A DNA stretch of 40,000 bases from the NCBI RefSeq assembly GCF_003367375.1, contig NZ_CP031416.1:3900674-3940673 (forward strand). The letters are read 5' to 3'. The notes beneath the pieces are model-generated. The model searched no databases. It saw nothing but the letters and a program-made list of their open reading frames with translations, and was not told where the DNA came from. The translations under genes were made by a program, and so were the position numbers. Origin of the DNA: Gallaecimonas mangrovi. Its GTDB lineage: Bacteria > Pseudomonadota > Gammaproteobacteria > Enterobacterales > Gallaecimonadaceae. Positions 34,846-40,000 of the stretch are shown here, one piece after another (position 1 is the first letter of the stretch; every line of letters starts with the position of its first letter).

Positions 34846-35406
34846 ATGCGTTTTAAGAAAACTGTACTGACTGCTATCACCCTGACCACTTTAGCTGCTG
34901 CCCCTGCGATGGCCGCCGGTAACTGGAAAGGCGAAGCCAAGGATGCCTGGTTGGACGGTAAGCTGGAAACCGCGCTGATGCTCAACACCGAGCTTAACGC
35001 CTTTACCATCGACACCAAGGTTTCCCATGGCGAGGCAACACTGAGCGGTACTGTGGGTAGCGACGTCGAGAAAGAATTAGCCGGTCAAATTGCCGAAAAT
35101 GTTGATGGCGTCAGCGATGTCGACAACAACATCAAGGTAAAAGATGGCTACAAGGGCGACAGCCACAGCGATGGCAAAAGCTTTTCACGCACCTGGCATG
35201 ACGCCACCATCACTGCGGGCCTGAACATGAAGTACGCCGCCAGTGACAACTTGAGCGCCATGGATATTAATGTCGACACCGACAACGGCGTAGTCACCCT
35301 GAAAGGGACCGTGAAAAACGACGCCGCCCGTGACCTTGCGGTAGCCATGGCCAAGGGCTACGACAATGTGGTCGACGTCAAGGATGACCTGAAGGTCACC
35401 CAGTAA
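34846..35406 (+). CDS. Periplasmic BON-domain protein (OsmY-like)
   Basis: It has a signal peptide (LAAAPAMAAG). Two BON-type repeats are present: ATLSGTVGSDVEKELAGQIAENVDGVSDVDNNIKV and VTLKGTVKNDAARDLAVAMAKGYDNVVDVKDDLKV. Confidence 0.8.
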   Translation: MRFKKTVLTAITLTTLAAAPAMAAGNWKGEAKDAWLDGKLETALMLNTELNAFTIDTKVSHGEATLSGTVGSDVEKELAGQIAENVDGVSDVDNNIKVKDGYKGDSHSDGKSFSRTWHDATITAGLNMKYAASDNLSAMDINVDTDNGVVTLKGTVKNDAARDLAVAMAKGYDNVVDVKDDLKVTQ

Positions 35407-35419
35407 CCGGTGCATCGCC

Positions 35420-35875
35420 ATGTTTGGTACTCATGACTCGCGGTTGGTAAATGAATTAATTGCCGTCTGTGTCGACGGACGGCAGTTTTACCAATATGCC
35501 GCCAAGCAAGTCGATGACAGTGACCTGAAATCTCTGTTTCGCGACATGGCCCATATCCGCGCGGATATTGTGCGTGACTTGAGTAGTAAGGTCGAAGACA
35601 TGGGCGAAAAGGCCGACCACCGCGGTACCTTAGCGGGCAGCATGCAAACGGTGTATACCGAGCTTCGGGCGCAACTGAGTGACGATGCGAAGTTTCAATA
35701 CGTCACTGAGCTCGAAGAAGCCGAAAACCGCACCCTGTGCCGCTTTAAGGAAGGGGTTAGAGAACTGGAAAGCAAGCCGTTGGCAAGGGATGTTGCCGAC
35801 TGCCTAGCCACCATTCAACTGACCCACGACCGTATGAAGGCCATTAAAGACGGCCTGTCGGCCCGCAAACACTGA
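35420..35875 (+). CDS. DUF2383 / PA2169-like four-helix-bundle protein
   Basis: 151 aa. LIAVCVDGRQFYQYAAKQVDD and the later EEAENRTL pattern are typical of the ferritin-like DUF2383 family. Confidence 0.6.
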   Translation: MFGTHDSRLVNELIAVCVDGRQFYQYAAKQVDDSDLKSLFRDMAHIRADIVRDLSSKVEDMGEKADHRGTLAGSMQTVYTELRAQLSDDAKFQYVTELEEAENRTLCRFKEGVRELESKPLARDVADCLATIQLTHDRMKAIKDGLSARKH

Positions 35876-35888
35876 GGTGTTACCCGGT

Positions 35889-35916
35889 AAAAGCGCAGCG
35901 TAAAGCTGCGCTTTTT
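35889..35916 (+). terminator. Rho-independent terminator
   Basis: AAAAGCGCAGCGTAAAGCTGCGCTTTTT lies after the stop at 35875. Confidence 0.75.
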
Positions 35917-36005
35917 GCGTTTTTGCTGATAAAGCGCCAGCGGTTAATCGCTGGATCATCGCCACTTTGTTTTACTACTTACCCGACACGGAAGAGGACA
36001 GCGAT

Positions 36006-37331
36006 ATGGCGCGCCTGCATCTGGTTACCGACGATTTGTCTTTGGCTCAGCAACTGGCCGAGCCCTTGCGCCAAGCCGGTTATCACCTTAGCCAAAGCAC
36101 CAGCCTGGATGAGCCCTTTCGGGCCGACTTGGTGATTTATGGCCCCAGCCGTTTTGACGAAGCCGACTACCGGCTGTTTCGCGCGCACCCGCTTGCCCAC
36201 CAAGCCGACTGGTTGTTAGTGAGCGACGGCGCCCCGAATCCCTGGCTGGATAAGCTAATGCGCCGCGGCGTGGCCTATCACTTTCGTAAGCCCTTGGACA
36301 TTAACCACCTCACCGAGGTGCTGGGGGAATTTAAGGAAGAACTGGCGCTGCAACAAGAAACCCCTACCAGGGCGCCCTTAAGCTCGAACCTTGACCAATT
36401 TGGCTTATTGCTAGGGTCAAGTGAAGTGATGCGCCGCCTGTATCGGCTTATTCGCCGGGTGTCGCAAACCGAAGCCAACGTGCTTTTGGTTGGCGAAAGC
36501 GGCAGTGGTAAAGAACTGGCCGCCCGCACCATTCACCAGCAAAGCCCCCGCGCCACCGACCCTTTTGTTGCCGTTAACTGCGCCGCGCTTTCGGCCGAGC
36601 TGGTTGAAAGCGAACTCTTTGGCCATGTCAAAGGCGCCTTTACCGGCGCTCTTAAAGACCACATTGGCTTTTTCGAGCGAGCCAGCGAGGGCACCTTGTT
36701 TTTGGACGAAGTCACCGAGATGCCGCTGGAGCTGCAAAGCAAATTACTGCGGGTCCTGGAAACCGGTGAATTTCGCCGGGTTGGCAGTGACCAGGTGCAA
36801 CACACCAAGGTGAGGATAGTTGCCGCCACCAATCGCAGCCCTGACGATGCCATTGATGGCGGTTACCTGCGTGAAGATCTTTACTTTCGCCTGGCACATT
36901 TTCCCATTCAGCTACCGGCGCTGCGCGAACGGGGCGATGACATTGTTGAACTGGCCCGCCATTTTCTGGCCTATCGCAATGTCGAAACCGGCACCGATAA
37001 AGCCTTTACCCAAGGCGCTTTAGATGCCATCGCCCGTTATTCTTGGCCTGGTAATGTGCGCCAATTAAAGCACTGCGTTGAGCGGGCCCATATTCTGGCG
37101 GCAAATGAAATTGGCCTGGCCGAATTACCCGACCTCACCGAAAAGACACAAACACCCAAAGACATTGCCCCTGGCACTTCGTTGAAAGACGCCGAGCGCA
37201 CCCTGATTTTGGCGACGTTAGAGGCCTGCCAGCAAAATAAAACCCAAGCCGCCGAGCAACTGGGGGTAAGTGTTAAAACCCTCTACAACAAGCTTGAGCG
37301 CTACCAAACGCAGCCCAGTTCTCAAGAATAA
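36006..37331 (+). CDS. Sigma-54-dependent transcriptional activator (bEBP) with atypical receiver-like N-domain and Fis-type HTH
   Basis: It has Walker A GESGSGKE, GAFTGA, Walker B FLDEV, and the C-terminal HTH QNKTQAAEQLGVSVKTLYNKL. The start is taken at MARLHL (36006). Confidence 0.85.
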   Translation: MARLHLVTDDLSLAQQLAEPLRQAGYHLSQSTSLDEPFRADLVIYGPSRFDEADYRLFRAHPLAHQADWLLVSDGAPNPWLDKLMRRGVAYHFRKPLDINHLTEVLGEFKEELALQQETPTRAPLSSNLDQFGLLLGSSEVMRRLYRLIRRVSQTEANVLLVGESGSGKELAARTIHQQSPRATDPFVAVNCAALSAELVESELFGHVKGAFTGALKDHIGFFERASEGTLFLDEVTEMPLELQSKLLRVLETGEFRRVGSDQVQHTKVRIVAATNRSPDDAIDGGYLREDLYFRLAHFPIQLPALRERGDDIVELARHFLAYRNVETGTDKAFTQGALDAIARYSWPGNVRQLKHCVERAHILAANEIGLAELPDLTEKTQTPKDIAPGTSLKDAERTLILATLEACQQNKTQAAEQLGVSVKTLYNKLERYQTQPSSQE

Positions 37332-37359
37332 AAAAGCCCGGCACCCGCCGGGCTTTTTT
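37331..37359 (+). terminator. Rho-independent terminator
   Basis: AAAAAGCCCGGCACCCGCCGGGCTTTTTT lies directly after the activator stop. Confidence 0.8.
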
Positions 37360-37465
37360 ATGGCTTCACGCCATTGGGAACTTTTTTCAAAACCGTCTGT
37401 GCTTTTTGCAGATACCGCCCAGCCCAAAAAACACAGCAACCAAATAAAATCAATAACTTAAAAAC

Positions 37466-37481
37466 TGGCACACATGCTGCA
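37466..37481 (+). promoter_or_regulatory. Sigma-54 (-24/-12) promoter candidate upstream of the DUF1328/CsbD genes
   Basis: TGGCACACATGCTGCA matches TGGCAC-N5-TTGCW at 10 of the 11 specified positions. It lies 37 nt upstream of the ATG at 37518. Confidence 0.65.
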
Positions 37482-37517
37482 ACTTATGTTGTGAACCCCC
37501 AAAATTCAGGAGGAAGC

Positions 37518-37694
37518 ATGTTACGTTGGGCATTGATATTTTTGATTGTTGCACTGGTAGCAGCCGCTTTTGGTTTCGGTGGTATTGCTGGCGCCGCAGC
37601 CGGTATTGCCAAGATCCTGTTCTTTGTCTTTATCGTGCTGCTGGTGATTTCGCTGCTGGTACATGTGGTGCGGGGCGGCAGTCCCAGAGTTTAG
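37518..37694 (+). CDS. DUF1328 (YtjA-like) small membrane protein
   Basis: AGGAGGA SD. The 58-aa product [47 protein letters not shown] is typical of UPF0391/DUF1328. Confidence 0.75.
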   Translation: MLRWALIFLIVALVAAAFGFGGIAGAAAGIAKILFFVFIVLLVISLLVHVVRGGSPRV

Positions 37695-37746
37695 GTAAGC
37701 CAGCGTTCGGGCGGCCTGGCCGCCTTCATTCCACTGAAGGAGATGA

Positions 37747-37941
37747 ATGATGAATCGCGACATTACAGCCGGTAAATGGCGCCAGTTTAAAGGTAAGGTC
37801 AAAGCCCAGTGGGGCAAGCTCACCGATGATGACATCGAGCAAATAGACGGCCACTCGGAACGCCTTATCGGTAAGTTGCAAGAGCGCTACGGTATGGCAA
37901 GAGATGAAGCCGAAAAGGCGCTGCAGCGACTGTCAAAATAG
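37747..37941 (+). CDS. CsbD-family stress protein
   Basis: GKWRQFKGKVKAQWGKLTDDDIEQIDG...LIGKLQERYG is the CsbD/YjbJ signature. Confidence 0.8.
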   Translation: MMNRDITAGKWRQFKGKVKAQWGKLTDDDIEQIDGHSERLIGKLQERYGMARDEAEKALQRLSK

Positions 37942-37943
37942 CT

Positions 37944-37970
37944 AAAACCGGCCTAAGGCCGGTTTTTTTT
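37944..37970. terminator. Bidirectional hairpin terminator
   Basis: AAAACCGGCCTAAGGCCGGTTTTTTTT. The stop of the minus-strand gene lies in its loop. Confidence 0.75.
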
Positions 37971-38888
37971 AGTGCTGCTTTCGGTGGGCACCGCCACATT
38001 CATGCGGCCATTTTTATAGTCGATGGTCAGTACAAAATGCTTAATAACATCAAAACCTAACAGCCCCCTGACCCGAGCATTATCAATGCGGGTAAGGGCG
38101 GAGCCATCGTTAAGACTGTCGGTGGCGTCATAGCGGCCGTCGGTCGGTACCGTCACAGCCACATTCTCAACCTGGTAGGGCCCGAAAGTCAGTACCGGTA
38201 GCCGAAAGGTGTCATTAAGCACTTTGTTGTTAACCCCTTGCGCTACCACCTGCTGGCTGGCAAAGGTTTTTAGCCAGCCTTGCGCTTGCACTAAAGAGTG
38301 CGACAACAATAAGCCGCCGCTATTGCCGGTATCCAGCACCAGCCACACCGACTTTTGATCATTGAGTTTGGTTTTGACAATAGGAAAGCCACCGGCGGCA
38401 GTACGCATCTCTATATTGCTGTACCGATTCATATCCAATGAATCTCGTGTGATAAGGCGCATACGCTGGTTGGGGTAATCAATTTGAAAGATAAATTTGT
38501 CGAAAAAGCCCGCACCCAATAACAGCCCCAGGTTTTTATCTCCTAAAGCGACAGAAACGAGATGATCCATCTGCCAATGCGCGCCCATTAACTCAACACC
38601 AACATCGTTAAAGCTCTGTTGGCGCTTAGTGCCAAAGGCGCCTTTGACTAAAACCGCAGAGCCTTTGGAAAGCTGCATATGGTTCGCTTTGATAAAAGCC
38701 GTATTAATGCCGTTGATCATGGCTCCGGAATCTAAAACCACGTTGGTTTTGATGCCGTTAACCGTTACCGGCAAGGTAATGTGGCCGTTATAAAGCGTGA
38801 AGGAAAACCAAGGGGTAACCGCAGCGGAGGCAAAAGCCGAAAAAAGGAGGAAACACAAGGCAGTAAAGCGTAACCATAGCACCATCAT
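37953..38888 (-). CDS. Secreted bilobed retropepsin-like aspartic protease family protein (paralog 3, both lobes with D[ST]G)
   Basis: It has a signal peptide (LLFSAFASAAV). The motifs VVLDSGAMINGI and LVLDTGNSGGLL are present, along with LLLGAGFFDKF and GLLGFDVIKHF. Confidence 0.55.
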   Translation of the reverse strand: MMVLWLRFTALCFLLFSAFASAAVTPWFSFTLYNGHITLPVTVNGIKTNVVLDSGAMINGINTAFIKANHMQLSKGSAVLVKGAFGTKRQQSFNDVGVELMGAHWQMDHLVSVALGDKNLGLLLGAGFFDKFIFQIDYPNQRMRLITRDSLDMNRYSNIEMRTAAGGFPIVKTKLNDQKSVWLVLDTGNSGGLLLSHSLVQAQGWLKTFASQQVVAQGVNNKVLNDTFRLPVLTFGPYQVENVAVTVPTDGRYDATDSLNDGSALTRIDNARVRGLLGFDVIKHFVLTIDYKNGRMNVAVPTESSTKKNRP

Positions 38889-39035
38889 CTTGTCCTTAAG
38901 AATTGCTTGGGTTTACTCATAATAAGCTGATTAAAAAAATAAATTTATCGATTTATACACAATATGCTGCGCTAATCATGGTTTCGCTTATGCTGGGCGG
39001 TAGCCTATTGAGGCCTTTCACTCATCAAGGGTTAT

Positions 39036-39646
39036 ATGGACCTTTTTCTTGCCACATTGCTATTTGCCCTTTCCGCGTCCATTACCCCTGGGCCTAACAA
39101 TGTCATGCTGATGTCGTCGGGCATGAATTACGGCGTGCGGGCAAGCCTTGGCCACTTGTGCGGTGTGTGCTTGGGGTTTCCGGTGATGTTGGTGCTGGTT
39201 GGTTTTGGCTTTGGTTTTATCTTTGAACGTTTTTCGCACTTGCACCAATTAGTGAAATTACTGGGCACCCTTTATCTGCTGTGGCTGGCCTGGAGGATAG
39301 CCAGCCAAACACCGAAAGCCATTAAGGCGGGCCATGCCAAACCGCTGGGGTTTTGGCAAGGTGCTGCCTTTCAGTGGATCAATGGCAAGGCTTGGGTGGT
39401 TGCTTCTAGCGCCATTGCCGCCTTTACCTCCAGCGAAGGTGCCATTGGCTGGCAGGTATTGGCGATCACCCTGGCCTTTTTCCTGGTGTCTTTTCCCTGC
39501 GCCGGATTTTGGCTACTGGGGGCGCGGGCCTTAGCCGGGTGCTAAAAAATCCCCATGCCCACCGCCTCTTTAACGTAGCAATGGGCTTACTGCTCGCGGT
39601 ATCGGTGGTGCCACCCCTCATCGAGCTGTGGCACTTTTACTTTTAA
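39036..39646 (+). pseudogene. LysE/RhtB family amino-acid exporter with an apparent frameshift near 39520-39530
   Basis: The N-terminal signature is ASITPGPNNVML. The frame stops at 39545, after 169 codons. The family-typical C-terminus LSRVLKNPHAHRLFNVAMGLLLAVSVV continues in another frame to a TAA at 39644-39646. Confidence 0.6.
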
Positions 39647-39999
39647 TCTTTGGCCGGCTCTGCCGCTAACCGCCCCGTGGCAAGGCCGATAACAAAAGCG
39701 AAGTCGCGGGCCGTTTCCTTAAAGCGCAAATAGCGGCCGGATAAGCCGCCATGGCCTACCTCAAGTTCGGTTTCCAGCAGCAGCAGATGCTGATCGGTTT
39801 TTAGCTCGCGCAATCTGGCAACCCATTTGGCCGGTTCCCAATAGGCCACTTGCGAATCGTGCAGGCCGGTGCGCACATAAATGTGCGGGTAGGACTGTTG
39901 GCGTACGTTGTCATAAGGGCTGTAGGAGAGCATTAAGAAGTAGTCAGACGGGTTGTTGGGGTTACCCCATTCGTCGTACTCGCCGGTGGTCAGCGGCAA
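39643..39999 (-). CDS. ptrB: Oligopeptidase B / protease II type S9 peptidase, C-terminal part (5' end outside window)
   Basis: EWGNP...YSPYDNV...[28 protein letters not shown]...GHGG matches the C-terminal catalytic region of PtrB-like enzymes. Confidence 0.7.
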   Translation of the reverse strand: MPLTTGEYDEWGNPNNPSDYFLMLSYSPYDNVRQQSYPHIYVRTGLHDSQVAYWEPAKWVARLRELKTDQHLLLLETELEVGHGGLSGRYLRFKETARDFAFVIGLATGRLAAEPAKD

Positions 40000-40000
40000 G

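Overview
This looks like a GC-rich chromosomal segment from an aquatic gammaproteobacterium, judged only from gene content and signals. Most of it is core genome rich in secreted or periplasmic proteolysis functions. These include a DUF885 protein, a TonB-dependent receptor plus S9 peptidase operon, a second S9 paralog, a CocE/NonD S15 peptidase, an M42 peptidase, oligopeptidase B and three bilobed retropepsin-like paralogs. There are also c-di-GMP components (a YcgR-like PilZ protein, a GGDEF cyclase). A compact stress cluster (BON/OsmY-like, DUF2383, sigma-54 activator, DUF1328, CsbD) has two readable -24/-12 promoters. The accessory part lies at about 17.65-24.2 kb, between an XRE/DUF2083 regulator gene and the CocE/NonD gene. 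I read it as an integron-type gene-cassette array with no integrase in the window. It has one classical attC-like palindrome and three larger conserved attC-like sites ending in (G/T)TTAAGT. It also has cassette ORFs whose stop codons sit inside the site. One cassette carries a lambda RexA/RexB-like abortive-infection pair in which the rexB-like ORF overlaps the rexA-like 3' end by 143 nt. The most unusual signal is a family of four full copies plus one deleted mini copy of a 0.2-0.4 kb non-coding element. Each copy begins exactly at the predicted cassette crossover box, and its helices are maintained by compensatory substitutions. I could not assign it to any RNA or repeat family I know. Other points: a tandem protease-gene duplication whose upstream non-coding module is far better conserved than the genes, two apparent single-base frameshifts (a small cassette ORF and a LysE-family gene), and an activator with an atypical receiver domain. 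All similarity statements rest on reading motifs by eye and on memory of family signatures; no searches were run.
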